A stretch of DNA of 64,000 bases, taken from contig CBDFMY010000003.1 of NCBI GenBank assembly GCA_965249835.1, forward strand, positions 929,979 to 993,978, in the 5' to 3' direction. Positions within the stretch are counted from its first letter, which is position 1; every line of letters begins with the position of its first letter. Of this stretch, positions 27,120 through 38,296 are shown one piece after another. The translations under genes were made by a program, and so were the position numbers. The stretch is from Candidatus Poriferihabitaceae bacterium (lineage in GTDB: Bacteria; Pseudomonadota; Gammaproteobacteria; Arenicellales; Poriferihabitantaceae). The notes under the pieces were generated by a model. The model did not search any database. It was not told the origin of the DNA and was given only the letters and a program-made list of their open reading frames with translations.

Positions 27120-28409
27120 ATGAACTATGAAACCGAATCGTGGGCGGTGACTACGCTACTTGATAAGTTCCGTGCTGGCTGCATCAAAGCCGACCCAGAG
27201 TATCAGCGCGGGTGGGCGTGGAATAGGACACAGCAAAAACAGTTTATCGATTCCATTTTGCGCGGGTACCCAGTGCCAGCAATATTTCTGCACGACAAAG
27301 GTGAGGAGAAATATGCCATTGTTGACGGACAACAACGCATCAACGCACTGAACCAATACCTTAGCGGTGACTACAAACTTCTTTACGCGAAACAGGCAGA
27401 AAAAAGATTCCCCAGTTTGGTGTATGGGATGCACGGCGACGAGCAGTGGGGTGGCAAAGGTTTTAATGACTTGCTGACCACGCTGCAGAACAAATTGAAT
27501 GGCAAAGATATACCTGTGGTTATCCTGCGTGGCAATGACAAAGAGGAACGCGATTTATTTATTCGTTTGCAGGAAGGTTCTGTATTAAACGACCAAGAAA
27601 AACGAGATGCGTGGCCGGGCGACTTCACCAAGTTTATCTTTAATATTGGCGGCCGTCACGGCATATGTGACGAATATGGCAAGGAGTGCGAACCACATCG
27701 ATTTTTCAGAGAGGTTATGCGGATGAAACCATCGCACGGACCGAAAGGAGATCGTGGGACAGTGCGAAAGACTGCCGCACAGTTATATCAAGTGCATGCG
27801 TCTTACGCACGCGACCGGCAGATAAAGGGCATTGGGAAAACCGAACTGGATCGCTTGTATATGGACAATCAGAAATTTAAGCACAGTGACCCACAAGGTG
27901 CCACCCGTAAATCATTCGTGGCATGCCTTAAGGTCTTATCCCAAATATTTGATATGGCGGCAAGCAGGAATCAAGGCAATCGATACCTCTATGGATCAAT
28001 TGACCTCATGCTACTGGGAACCACGCTGTTGCAGCATATTAGCGAGGGGGATTGCGTAGCAATTGGTCGCAATTTGCAACACGCACACAAGAATTTCCAT
28101 GACAAGTGCGACGAAGCAAATCGCAAGAACGATGAGGAAAAACAACGAGACGAATACTGGTTAAGGTATCGCCAATGGACCAGCCAACAAGCTGATTCAC
28201 CACGCACGATTAAACGCAGGCATGCGTTCTATTTGGAAAAAATGGCGGAAATATCCGCTACGGGCGTGGTGAATACTGGGCCGGCCCCGAATCCTGATGC
28301 CCCCGAAATTCTGCGGCGCGTATGCAAAATTCTGAAACAGGCTGCGTGCGATTTACATAGTGATCTCGCTACATCGCGCAACGACAACCACGGTGACGAA
28401 GATGAATGA
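27120..28409 (+). CDS. DUF262 domain protein, nuclease-less paralogue of 5370..7072 (probably a decaying gene)
   Basis: Motifs EYQRGWAWNRTQQKQFIDSILRGYPVPAIFLH, IVDGQQRINAL and RDLFIRLQEGSVLNDQEKRDAWPG. It is collinear with both ORFs of the 5.4-7.1 kb locus but stops at TGA 28407-28409, inside what aligns to the HNH motif. ATG 27120 is preferred over track TTG 27114. Confidence 0.75.
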   Translation: MNYETESWAVTTLLDKFRAGCIKADPEYQRGWAWNRTQQKQFIDSILRGYPVPAIFLHDKGEEKYAIVDGQQRINALNQYLSGDYKLLYAKQAEKRFPSLVYGMHGDEQWGGKGFNDLLTTLQNKLNGKDIPVVILRGNDKEERDLFIRLQEGSVLNDQEKRDAWPGDFTKFIFNIGGRHGICDEYGKECEPHRFFREVMRMKPSHGPKGDRGTVRKTAAQLYQVHASYARDRQIKGIGKTELDRLYMDNQKFKHSDPQGATRKSFVACLKVLSQIFDMAASRNQGNRYLYGSIDLMLLGTTLLQHISEGDCVAIGRNLQHAHKNFHDKCDEANRKNDEEKQRDEYWLRYRQWTSQQADSPRTIKRRHAFYLEKMAEISATGVVNTGPAPNPDAPEILRRVCKILKQAACDLHSDLATSRNDNHGDEDE

Positions 28410-28546
28410 CCACATGTTGCGTACGGTGGTGGGCGGACGGCGTTTTCATTTTCTCGATTCCAATCGCAATGAACTTGCGGTTTGGAGTGAAAAGTAAAAT
28501 CGCCTTTCGCCTATAATGAGCGTGAATTATCCCGCAGGAATTTTAC

Positions 28547-28582
28547 ATGCCATCACCCATGCCATCACCCATGCCATCTCCC
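28547..28582 (+). repeat. 3 x 12-bp tandem repeat, each unit carrying an in-frame ATG, at the mdh start
   Basis: ATGCCATCACCC ATGCCATCACCC ATGCCATCTCCC, encoding [12 protein letters not shown]. Confidence 0.85.
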
Positions 28583-29548
28583 GTTCGAGTTGCGGTAACC
28601 GGTGCCGCCGGTAACATCGCTTACGCGTTGCTGTTTCGCATTGCCGCCGGCGACATGTTGGGCAAGAGTCAGCCGGTTATTTTGCAGTTGCTGGAAATTC
28701 CGCCGGCTATGGATGCCCTGCGCGGGGTGGTGATGGAATTGCAGGACAGCGCGTTTCCATTGCTGGCCGGCATCACCCTCTCCGATGACGCCGATGCGGC
28801 GTTTGACGGCGCCGATTACGCGTTGCTGGTCGGTTCCAAACCGCGTGGTCCGGGGATGGAGCGCGGCGATTTATTGGCCGACAACGGAAAAATATTTTCC
28901 GCTCAAGGCAAGGCACTCAACCACCACGCCGCACGCTCGGTCAAGGTTTTGGTGGTGGGCAATCCGGCGAACACCAACGCGTTCATCGCCGTCGCCAACG
29001 CCCCCGACCTTGACCGCGCGCAGTTCACCGCCATGATGCGCCTCGACCACAATCGCGCCAAGGCGTATCTGGCGGAAAAACTCGGCATTCACTCCGAAGA
29101 CATTCGCCGCATGACCGTCTGGGGAAACCACTCGGCGACGCAGTATCCGGACATCGCCAACGCGCTTGCCAAAGACGAGGCGGCGGCGGATATGGTCGAG
29201 CAAGCGTGGCTTGAAGAGGATTTCATTCCGGCGATTCAACAACGCGGCGCGGCGATCATTGCAGCGCGCGGCGCATCCAGTGCGGCTTCGGCGGCGGCCG
29301 CGGCCATCGACCAGATGCGCGACTGGGCACTCGGCAGCGCGAAACACGACTGGGTCAGCATGGCGGTGGCAAGCGATGGCAGTTACGGCATTGAAAAAGG
29401 GTTGATTTACTCGTTCCCGGTAACCTGCGACGATGGTCGTTATCGCATCGTCCGGGATCTTGAAATCAGCGACTTCAGTCGGGAAAAAATGACCGCCACC
29501 GAGCAGGAATTAAAAGACGAACGCGATGCGGTTGCGGATTTAGTGTAA
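28547..29548 (+). CDS. mdh: malate dehydrogenase
   Basis: [27 protein letters not shown] Rossmann N-terminus, typical of the long (LDH-unlike) Mdh family. The start could be any of ATG 28547, 28559 or 28571. Confidence 0.93.
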   Translation: MPSPMPSPMPSPVRVAVTGAAGNIAYALLFRIAAGDMLGKSQPVILQLLEIPPAMDALRGVVMELQDSAFPLLAGITLSDDADAAFDGADYALLVGSKPRGPGMERGDLLADNGKIFSAQGKALNHHAARSVKVLVVGNPANTNAFIAVANAPDLDRAQFTAMMRLDHNRAKAYLAEKLGIHSEDIRRMTVWGNHSATQYPDIANALAKDEAAADMVEQAWLEEDFIPAIQQRGAAIIAARGASSAASAAAAAIDQMRDWALGSAKHDWVSMAVASDGSYGIEKGLIYSFPVTCDDGRYRIVRDLEISDFSREKMTATEQELKDERDAVADLV

Positions 29549-29567
29549 AAACCAATCGAGAAAAATC

Positions 29568-30053
29568 ATGCCTTCATTTGACATCGTATCCGAAGTGGAT
29601 TGGCAGGAAGTGAAAAACGCCGTCAATCAGGCCAATAGCGAAGTCAGTACGCGTTTTGACTTCAAGGGCTCGGATGCGCGGGTCGCGGAAACCAATCCGC
29701 TCCTGACCATTCACGCCGATGATGAATTCAAGGTCGGGCAGGTGGTGGATGTGCTGCAATTAAAACTGGCGAAGCGGTCGGTGAACATTGCCTGTCTGGA
29801 AAAAGGCGAGGTGAAAGTAAGCCCGACCGGCAAGGCGGTGCAGGAGATCAAAGTTCGTCAGGGTGTCGACACCGAACTCGCCAAAAAAATCGTAAAACTC
29901 ATCAAGGGACAAAAGATGAAAGTGCAGATGGCGATTCAAAGCGAACAAGTTCGCGTAAGCGGAAAAAAACGCGATGACCTGCAACAGGTAATCGCGTTCA
30001 TTGATGAACAAAAACTGGGATTACCCTTGCAGTATGTGAATTTTCGCGACTGA
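29568..30053 (+). CDS. yajQ: YajQ family cyclic-di-GMP/nucleotide-binding protein
   Basis: 161 aa, MPSFDIVSEVDWQEVKNAVNQANSEVSTRFDFKGS. Confidence 0.9.
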   Translation: MPSFDIVSEVDWQEVKNAVNQANSEVSTRFDFKGSDARVAETNPLLTIHADDEFKVGQVVDVLQLKLAKRSVNIACLEKGEVKVSPTGKAVQEIKVRQGVDTELAKKIVKLIKGQKMKVQMAIQSEQVRVSGKKRDDLQQVIAFIDEQKLGLPLQYVNFRD

Positions 30054-30060
30054 GATATAC

Positions 30061-30190
30061 GCTTGCCTATTTGCCGTCATGCTTTGTTGTGCCTCAAAGC
30101 GTTGCCGCTCACATACTTAATGTATGCTCGCGTCCCCGCTTCTTGCACGCCTCGCCTGACAACAAATATGCGGCGCGTGGTTATTTCTAC
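30061..30190. repeat. Repeat family B, solo copy
   Basis: Aligns with 18051..18426 (GCTTGCC.ATTTGCCGTCATGCTTTGTTGTG ... GTTGCCGCTCACATACTTAATGTATGCT ... CTTGCACGCCTCGCCTGACAAC ... ATATGCGGCGCGTGGTT). It lies between convergent yajQ and bamE. Confidence 0.8.
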
Positions 30191-30196
30191 GCTCTT

Positions 30197-30505
30197 TCAT
30201 TCAAGCAACGAACTCTCAATAGTGCTGAGCGCATCGTCGGTAAACCGAAGCGTTGCCGATTGTTGTTCCACTTCTCCGGTTTTGCCTTTCTTGAGATAAA
30301 AGTAATAATCCCAGCGGTCGACGTGGAACGGATCGTTGAGTAGCGGATAACCGAGCACATTGACCACTTCGGTTTTGCTCATGCCGATTTTTAACTCGGA
30401 CAACATTTCATTGGTAATTTCATTTCCCTGCTGGACGTCGATCTTATAGACCGCGCAACCCGACAACAGCAACGCGAGAAGGCAAGGCAGAAGGCGTGAC
30501 TTCAT
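30197..30505 (-). CDS. bamE: outer membrane protein assembly factor BamE
   Basis: Lipoprotein signal LLALLLSGC, then YKIDVQQGNEITNEMLSELKIGMSKTEV (SmpA/OmlA). Confidence 0.85.
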   Translation of the reverse strand: MKSRLLPCLLALLLSGCAVYKIDVQQGNEITNEMLSELKIGMSKTEVVNVLGYPLLNDPFHVDRWDYYFYLKKGKTGEVEQQSATLRFTDDALSTIESSLLE

Positions 30506-30544
30506 GATTGAGTGCTCATAATGTGAATGTTTTTGGTTAATAGT

Positions 30545-31039
30545 TTATGGAATGTTTTTAAGCACGGCGGTTTCATCGCAATGGAGAAACTTTGGGCAGT
30601 TGATGCAAACGCCCCACACTTTTTCCGGTAATTCGTTCATCTCCACGGTTTCAAATCCCAGTTTGTGAAAAAAATCGGTTGCGTAGGTCAATGCCATCAA
30701 TCGGCTGAGCCCGATTTCCAGTGCATCCTGTTCGATTCGGCGCACCAGTTGTCGTCCCAATCCGAAGCCGGCGTAGTCATTCGCGACCGCCAGACTGCGC
30801 ACTTCGCCCAGTTGTTGGGTGAATATTTGCAGCGCGCCGCAGGCGATGACTTCGTCGTGATTCTCAATCACCAGAAACTCGCGCATGTGATTATACAGGT
30901 CGTCCGGCGAGCGCGGTAAAAGCATCTGGTGGTCGCTGAAATGTTTGAGCAGCGCGTGAATGTCGGCGACATCCGCCAGCCGCGCGCGGCGAATCGCGGA
31001 CAGTTCTTGCGGCAGTGTGGCCGGATAGATGGCGCTCAT
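30545..31039 (-). CDS. GNAT family N-acetyltransferase
   Basis: Start at ATG 31039 (MSAIYPATL), forming an ATGA overlap with the recN stop. Acetyl-CoA binding pattern VANDYAGFGLGRQLV. The longer track ORF to 31249 overlaps recN and is rejected. Confidence 0.8.
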   Translation of the reverse strand: MSAIYPATLPQELSAIRRARLADVADIHALLKHFSDHQMLLPRSPDDLYNHMREFLVIENHDEVIACGALQIFTQQLGEVRSLAVANDYAGFGLGRQLVRRIEQDALEIGLSRLMALTYATDFFHKLGFETVEMNELPEKVWGVCINCPKFLHCDETAVLKNIP

Positions 31040-32726
31040 GTCGATGCGGAGGTCTGCTGCAACATCTGCTTGGCGTGCGCCAGGGATTGTGGCGTCAACT
31101 CGGCTCCGGCGGTCATGCGGGCGATCTCCGCGACGCGTTGCTTGTGGTCCAGTTTGTGCACGCTGACGCTGGCTTGTTTGCCGGTATGCTTTGCCACCGA
31201 CCAGTGGTGATGCCCCTTGGCGGCGACCTGGGACAAGTGGGTGATGCAAATCACCTGACGGTTGTGGCCCAGTTGGCGCAATTTTTCACCGACCACATCG
31301 GCCACCTTGCCGCCGATTCCCACATCCACTTCGTCGAATATCAAAGTGGAGGTCGGCGCATCGGCCGCCAGAACCACATTGATAGCCAGAGAAATTCGCG
31401 ACAGTTCGCCGCCGGATGCCACCTTTCGCATCGGTTGAAGGGGTAGCCCCGGATTGGCACTGACCATGAATTCCGCGCTCTCATTGCCGCGTCGGTGTTC
31501 GCCCTCGTTCGCGTGCAGGCGGATTTCCAACGCGCCGCCGGCCATGCCCAACTCCTGCATCAGGTCGGTGACGCCCGCTTCGATATGTCGTGCCGCCGTG
31601 GTGCGGCTTTTGCTAATGGCATCCGCCGTGCGGTCGTAATCGGCTTTATGCGTGCGCCACAATTCATCCAGCCGTTGCAGTTCGGCTTCGGGGTCGGTCA
31701 ATCCGGCCAACTCGGCGCGCAGTTGTTCGAGTCGTGAAGCGAGCAAGCCGGGTAGCACTCGATGTTTGCGCGACAGTTCGTGATAGAGCGAGAAGCGGGC
31801 TTCGATTTCGGCGATTTGTTCCGGGTCAAGTGCGCCTTCGGCGGATAATTCTTTCAAAGTGGCGACCGATTCGCCCAAATTTACATTGGCTTCTTCCAGC
31901 ATGGCGATTACTTTGCCCAACCGTGCGTCGTATTCCGCCAGACGTTGCAGTTGTCGGCAACAATCGGCCAGCGCGGCGCTGAGATTGCCGCCTTGATCTT
32001 CGCTCAATCGCTCGGCAACAATGCGTGCGCCCATGGCCAAATCCTGCGCGTGGTGCATTCGCTTTTGTTGTTGTTCCAGTTGCGGCCACTCCTCCGGTTG
32101 CGGCGCGAGCGTCTCCAATTCACCGACCTGAAATTGCAACATGTCGGCGCGTTCCCGTGCCAGGTCGCGGTGATTTTTTACTTGCTCGATGAGTTTGCAC
32201 ACCTCGGTTAATTTTTCGTAGTGTTGTGCCAGTTGCGCCAATCGTTCGGCGTTACCGGCAGCGTTGTCGAGTAGCGACAGTTGTCCTTTTTTGCCGAGTA
32301 GCGAGTGGTGTTCGTTCTGGCCATGAATGTCCACTAGTTCATGCCCGAGGTCGCGCAGTTGAGACGCGGTTACCGCACGACCATTGATATACGCCCGGCT
32401 CGGTTTATCGCGTCTCACCACCCGCCGCAAAATACATTCGTTTTGGTTGTCGAGTCCTTGCTCCTTCAGCCACTGCATCGCCGGATGAATCGCGTCATTC
32501 AATGCATCATTTGGCGCACCCAGATCGAACCCGCCGTGAATTTCCGCTTCGTCCCGGGATTGGCGAATCAGCGAGTTTTCAGCACGGTCGCCGAGCAACA
32601 CGCCGACCGCATCCACGATCAGCGACTTGCCCGAACCGGTCTCGCCGGTTACGGTGGTGAATGAGTTGCCGAATTCCAGCGAGATGTGTTCGGCGATGGC
32701 GAGTTGGCGAATTTCCAGCCAGTCGA

Positions 32727-32730
<4 letters not shown>
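31036..32730 (-). CDS. recN: DNA repair protein RecN
   Basis: 564 aa. N-terminal Walker A VTGETGSGKS, long coiled coil, C-terminal ASGGELSRISLA signature. Confidence 0.93.
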
Positions 32731-33641
<911 letters not shown>

Positions 33642-33857
33642 AATAATTACAATAAGTTGGCAGGCATTATACCAGAGAATCTGCATCAGGTGCGGGCGCA
33701 AAGCCAACGCCTGGTATAGGCGTAATGCGGCAAAATACAATCTTGACATGAGGTCCGCCCGCTTGATAGCGTAGCCGAACGTGCCGCCGGCGAATGTTTC
33801 GGGTGCGCAAATCAAGTATAAGTTACCACACAAAAATTTCACGCCTTCCCATCCGAT

Positions 33858-34925
33858 ATGCCCGAGCAACCAACGTTTGAACTGAACGACCGCGCCGAAC
33901 GGGTGCTGAAGGTTCTCATCGGCTTGTATGTCAGCGACGGCAATCCGATCGGTTCGCGCACGCTTTCCCGACAACAAGGACTGGCGCTTAGCCCGGCGAC
34001 CATCCGCAATGTCATGGCTGACCTGGAAGAGCACGGGTTGATCGATGCGCCGCATACTTCCGCCGGACGCGTTCCCACGCAAAAAGGCTATCGGTTTTTT
34101 ATCAACAGTCTGCTGAATGTGAGACCCATGAACCAGCATGCGTTCAGCCAAATCAAAAAACGAATTGGCGGAGTAACCGACCCCAAAAGCATTTTGACCG
34201 GCGCCACCGAGATGTTATCCCAGATTACCTCGTTTGCGGGAATCGTTTCGCTCCCCGGAAAAAGCCATGTGCACATTCGTCAGGTTGAGTTTTTGCGCTT
34301 GTCGCGGCAGCGGGTGCTGGCGATTTTGATTACCGAAGACGGGCAGGTGCAGAACAAAATTTTGTCCACGCATCGGCAGTATAGCGAGCCGGAACTCATC
34401 GAAGCGGCAAACTATTTCAACGCCCTTTACAGTCATTGCACGCTGCACGGTGTGCGCGCCAAATTGCTGGCGCACATGTGTCAGGACCGGCGAAACATGC
34501 AGCGGGAAATGCGCACCGCGCTCAGCATCGCCCAGGGTCTTTTCAGCGATGATGATGCCGATGACGGCGAGGGAAATGTGTTGGTAAGCGGGGAGAACAA
34601 TCTGCTTTCCATTCCGGATTTCGGCGAGTTGGAAAAACTCAAGCAACTGTTTGATACATTCAAAACCAAACAAGTGTTGTTTGATTTGCTACAAAAGAGT
34701 ATGTTCACCGATGGCGTGAATATTTTTATCGGCGAAGAATCCGGCTATCAAATGTTTCGGGATTGCAGCGTGATCGCCGCGCCATACAAAGTTGACAACC
34801 AAAATGTCGGCGTGCTCGGCGTCATCGGTCCGACCCGAATGAACTACGACGAAGTCATCTCGGTGGTGGATGTTACCGCCAAACTCCTCGGCAGTTCGTT
34901 AAGTGCCACGGCACGCCAACACTGA
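33858..34925 (+). CDS. hrcA: heat-inducible transcriptional repressor HrcA
   Basis: 355 aa. N-terminal wHTH RAERVLKVLIGLYVSDGNPIGSRTLS. Divergent from nadK-recN. Confidence 0.9.
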   Translation: MPEQPTFELNDRAERVLKVLIGLYVSDGNPIGSRTLSRQQGLALSPATIRNVMADLEEHGLIDAPHTSAGRVPTQKGYRFFINSLLNVRPMNQHAFSQIKKRIGGVTDPKSILTGATEMLSQITSFAGIVSLPGKSHVHIRQVEFLRLSRQRVLAILITEDGQVQNKILSTHRQYSEPELIEAANYFNALYSHCTLHGVRAKLLAHMCQDRRNMQREMRTALSIAQGLFSDDDADDGEGNVLVSGENNLLSIPDFGELEKLKQLFDTFKTKQVLFDLLQKSMFTDGVNIFIGEESGYQMFRDCSVIAAPYKVDNQNVGVLGVIGPTRMNYDEVISVVDVTAKLLGSSLSATARQH

Positions 34926-34991
34926 GTCAACATAATCCAACACCATTTCAGCACCGAACGAGCGGCGGTCGCGCTTCGGATTCCCTCCCCC

Positions 34992-35579
34992 ATGTCTGAG
35001 CCAAAAAAGTTGTTTGCGCAATTGTTCGAGCAACTTCGGCAATCCAAATTGCCGCCGGTGGCGCAATGGCATCCCGGTAAATCGCTGGACATTGACCTTC
35101 GCATCGCCGCAGATGGACGATGGTATTACCGCGGCTCGGTGATTGCGCGTCGGCGCATGGTCAAACTGTTCGGTTCGGTGTTGCGCCTGGAATCCGATGG
35201 CGGTTATTGTTTGGTTACGCCGCACATTAAATATCCGGTCATCGTTGACGATGCGCCTTTTCAGGCGGTGGAGGTGAATCGGCAGGGTGCGGGTCGTGCG
35301 CAAAATTTGTTTTTTCGAACCAATGTGGATGATATGGTGCTTGCCGACCGCACGCATCCGATTACGGTCACCACCGACCCGGACTCCGGACAGCCATTCC
35401 CTTGCGTTGAAGTCAGAGACGGGTTGCGGGCAAAAATTTGCCGACCGGTTTATTATGAACTGGCGCAACTGCTTGAACCGGCCGAGCGAAGTGATGACGC
35501 GGAAGATAATCTTGAAGAGGCGGAGAAAGTTCTCGGCGTGTATAGTGCCGGCGTGTTTTTTCCATTTGGCCGAGCGTAG
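34992..35579 (+). CDS. DUF1285 domain protein
   Basis: WHPGKSLDIDLRIAADGRWYYRGSVIARRRMVKLFGSVL pattern. Confidence 0.7.
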   Translation: MSEPKKLFAQLFEQLRQSKLPPVAQWHPGKSLDIDLRIAADGRWYYRGSVIARRRMVKLFGSVLRLESDGGYCLVTPHIKYPVIVDDAPFQAVEVNRQGAGRAQNLFFRTNVDDMVLADRTHPITVTTDPDSGQPFPCVEVRDGLRAKICRPVYYELAQLLEPAERSDDAEDNLEEAEKVLGVYSAGVFFPFGRA

Positions 35580-35607
35580 TTTAGTTTTCTTGGTTTGGGC
35601 GGCGCGA

Positions 35608-37269
35608 TTATTTCAATCCCTTATATTTAATCCGCGCCGGCTTTGCATCGCCGCCAGTTCTTTTTTGATGTTCCTGTTCGTAATCGCTGTAATTTCCTTC
35701 GAACCACACTGCCCGGGAATTGCCTTCAAAGGCAAGGATGTGCGTGGCGATGCGGTCAAGGAACCAGCGGTCGTGGGAGATGACCACGGCGCAACCCGGG
35801 AAACTCAATAACGCTTCTTCCAGCGCACGCAAGGTTTCCACATCCAGGTCGTTGGTCGGCTCGTCCAGCAAAAGCAAATTGCCGCCTTCGCTTAACAATT
35901 TGGCGAGATGTACCCGGTTGCGTTCGCCGCCGGATAATTCGCCGACCCGTTTTTGCTGGTCGTTGCGCTTGAAGTTGAAGCGGCCAAGATAACGCCGTGA
36001 TTGCACATCAAAGCCGTTCACCCGCATCACATCCTGTCCGCCGGACACTTCTTCCCACACCGTTTTACTCGGGTCCAGCGCATCCCGTGATTGACCGACG
36101 CAGGCGATTTTCACGCTGTCGCCGATACGAAACTCGCCGCTGGTGGGCGCATCCTCGCCGCTCATCAGCCGAAACAAGGTAGTTTTTCCGGTGCCGTTGG
36201 GCCCGATGACGCCGACGATGCCACCCCTCGGCAACGCGAAACTCAGGTTTTCATACAACACTTTGTCGCCGAAAGATTTGCTGACATGCTCGGCTTCCAC
36301 CACCAAGTCGCCGAGGCGCGGGCCCGGCGGAATATAAATCTCGTTGGTCTCGGCGCGTTGCTGGTACTCCCGCGAACTCAACTCGTCAAAGCGTTTCAAC
36401 CGCGCCTTGCTTTTGGCGTGGCGACCTTTGGGATTGGCGCGCACCCATTCCAGTTCCCGTTTTATATTTTTGATGCGCGCCGTCTCGGAACGTTGTTCCA
36501 GTTCCAGTCGTTTTTCTTTTTGCGCAAGCCACGATGAATAATTTCCTTCCCAGGGAATACCATGCCCGCGGTCCAGTTCCAGTATCCAGCCGGCGACGTT
36601 ATCGAGAAAATATCGATCGTGAGTAACCGCGATAACCGTGCCTTCAAATTCGTGCAAATATCGTTCAAGCCAGGCGACCGACTCGGCATCCAAATGATTG
36701 GTCGGCTCATCGAGAATCAACATGTCCGGGTTCGACAGCAACAACCGACACAACGCAACCCGACGTCGCTCGCCCCCGGACAGCGTGTCGATGTTTGCAT
36801 CCCACGGCGGCAGGCGTAGCGCGTCGGCGGCGATTTCCAGTTTGTGTTCGATGTTGTGGGCGTCTGCCGCTTGAATCACGCTCTCCAGTTTCGCCTGCTC
36901 GCTCGCCAGCGCATCGAAATCCGCATCCGCTTCGGCATATGCGGCGTAAATTTCCAGCAACCGCGATTGTGCCTGCCGAATCGGTTGAATGCCGTCCTCG
37001 ACATTGCCGCGAACATCTTTCAACCCATCCAGCATCGGCTCTTGCGCGAGATAGCCGATGTGCAAATCAGGTTGCGGTCGCGCTTCGCCGATAATGTCGG
37101 TGTCGATACCCGCCATGATTTTCAGCAAAGTGGATTTGCCCGCGCCGTTGTAGCCGAGCACGCCAATCTTTGCCCCCGGGAAAAAATTAAGCGAAATATC
37201 CTTGAGGATTACTTGATTGGGCGGCACCACTTTGCCCACGCCGTTCATGGTGAAAACATATTGTGCCAT
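35608..37269 (-). CDS. ettA: energy-dependent translational throttle protein EttA (ABC-F)
   Basis: 553 aa with two ABC cassettes. N-terminus MAQYVFTMNGVGKVVPPNQVILKDISLNFFPGAKIGVLGYNGAGKST. Confidence 0.92.
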   Translation of the reverse strand: MAQYVFTMNGVGKVVPPNQVILKDISLNFFPGAKIGVLGYNGAGKSTLLKIMAGIDTDIIGEARPQPDLHIGYLAQEPMLDGLKDVRGNVEDGIQPIRQAQSRLLEIYAAYAEADADFDALASEQAKLESVIQAADAHNIEHKLEIAADALRLPPWDANIDTLSGGERRRVALCRLLLSNPDMLILDEPTNHLDAESVAWLERYLHEFEGTVIAVTHDRYFLDNVAGWILELDRGHGIPWEGNYSSWLAQKEKRLELEQRSETARIKNIKRELEWVRANPKGRHAKSKARLKRFDELSSREYQQRAETNEIYIPPGPRLGDLVVEAEHVSKSFGDKVLYENLSFALPRGGIVGVIGPNGTGKTTLFRLMSGEDAPTSGEFRIGDSVKIACVGQSRDALDPSKTVWEEVSGGQDVMRVNGFDVQSRRYLGRFNFKRNDQQKRVGELSGGERNRVHLAKLLSEGGNLLLLDEPTNDLDVETLRALEEALLSFPGCAVVISHDRWFLDRIATHILAFEGNSRAVWFEGNYSDYEQEHQKRTGGDAKPARIKYKGLK

Positions 37270-37336
37270 TTTGTTTTACTGACTTTAGTTTGGCTGATTT
37301 TGTTTGGGCGATTTCGTTTGAGCGCGCGGAGTTGGT

Positions 37337-38119
37337 TTATTCGTCGCGGTTCAAGCAGGCAAGCGCGGCTTGATGCAGATGGACATTGGCCGATGCCAGC
37401 ACTCGACCGTCCGAGGTTGATGTCAGTCGCTCGCCATGCCAATCGGTGATGATGCCTCCGGCGCCTTCGATCACCGGGATCAGCGCCATGTAGTCGTGGG
37501 GATTCATCTGTGCTTCGCAAACCACTTCGGTGAAACCCGAAGACAACAGGCCATAGCAGTAGCAATCGCCGCCGAACACCCGGAAGCGGAAAGCACCGGA
37601 CAGACGATTAAACAACGCCAGAGTTTCACCGGAAAACATATCAAGGGTGGTGGTGTAAATCGAACCGTCGGCAAGTTGCTCGACCGCGCTGGTGGTGCAG
37701 GGCGCGCCGTTGTGGGTGGTCTTGCGACCTTTGATGCCGACCCAGCGTTCATCCAGCGCGACATGATCGATGATGCCGAGCACCGGTTGCCCGCGATGCA
37801 ACAGCGCGATCAGCGTGCCAAAAGTGGGGTTGCCGGTAACGAATGCTTTGGTGCCGTCAATGGGATCGATGACCCAGCGCCACTCCTCATCGTTATTGGT
37901 GGCGCCGCTCTCCTCGCCGAGAAAACTGTGGCTGGGATGACGCGCAAGAATCAACTCCTTGATGCACCGCTCGGCCTCGCGGTCGGCAATGGTAACCGGC
38001 GTGCGGTCGTGCTTGTTGGTAACATCCACCCCGGCGCGGAAATACTCGGCGGTAACCAGCCGCGCCGCGTCCGCTGCGGCAATGGCGGTTTTGACAAACG
38101 GATCCGGAGAGGAGGTCAT
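37337..38119 (-). CDS. inositol monophosphatase family protein (possibly histidinol-phosphatase type)
   Basis: FLGEE, WVIDPIDGTKAF and GGDCYCYG-like motifs. Confidence 0.8.
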   Translation of the reverse strand: MTSSPDPFVKTAIAAADAARLVTAEYFRAGVDVTNKHDRTPVTIADREAERCIKELILARHPSHSFLGEESGATNNDEEWRWVIDPIDGTKAFVTGNPTFGTLIALLHRGQPVLGIIDHVALDERWVGIKGRKTTHNGAPCTTSAVEQLADGSIYTTTLDMFSGETLALFNRLSGAFRFRVFGGDCYCYGLLSSGFTEVVCEAQMNPHDYMALIPVIEGAGGIITDWHGERLTSTSDGRVLASANVHLHQAALACLNRDE

Positions 38120-38296
38120 GATAATTCGTCGGTCTTTTCAACGCGCCCGTGGCGCCGCGCATTCTATCAAATATTCCGCTCTCAATTGGATTGGCAACCG
38201 AATTGAATGTCAATTCTCCCTGCCACCCGACCCGTGTTTGCGGTAAAATTCGCGGTTATTTTTCAGCCCCACTCATTTGGAGGATAGTCCAAGCAG

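Noticed and set aside
28547-28582. [12 protein letters not shown] as a signal peptide or lipobox for Mdh
   Set aside because: It has no hydrophobic core or cleavage motif. It is a DNA-level tandem repeat preceding a normal cytoplasmic Rossmann N-terminus.
31040-31249. 70-codon N-terminal extension of the GNAT ORF
   Set aside because: It overlaps the 3' end of recN in another frame. GNAT homology starts at ATG 31039, which forms an ATGA junction with the recN stop.
33642-33857. Expected CIRCE operator (TTAGCACTC-N9-GAGTGCTAA) or clear sigma-32 promoter upstream of hrcA
   Set aside because: I scanned the intergenic region by eye and found no CIRCE-like inverted repeat. A CTTGACA...CTTGAT arrangement is too far from the sigma-32 consensus to call.
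33642-34151. 170-codon N-terminal extension of the NAD kinase ORF (track 32727..34151)
   Set aside because: The extension runs antisense across the hrcA start and promoter region and has no NadK homology. Homology begins at MKISKVGLFGK (ATG 33641).
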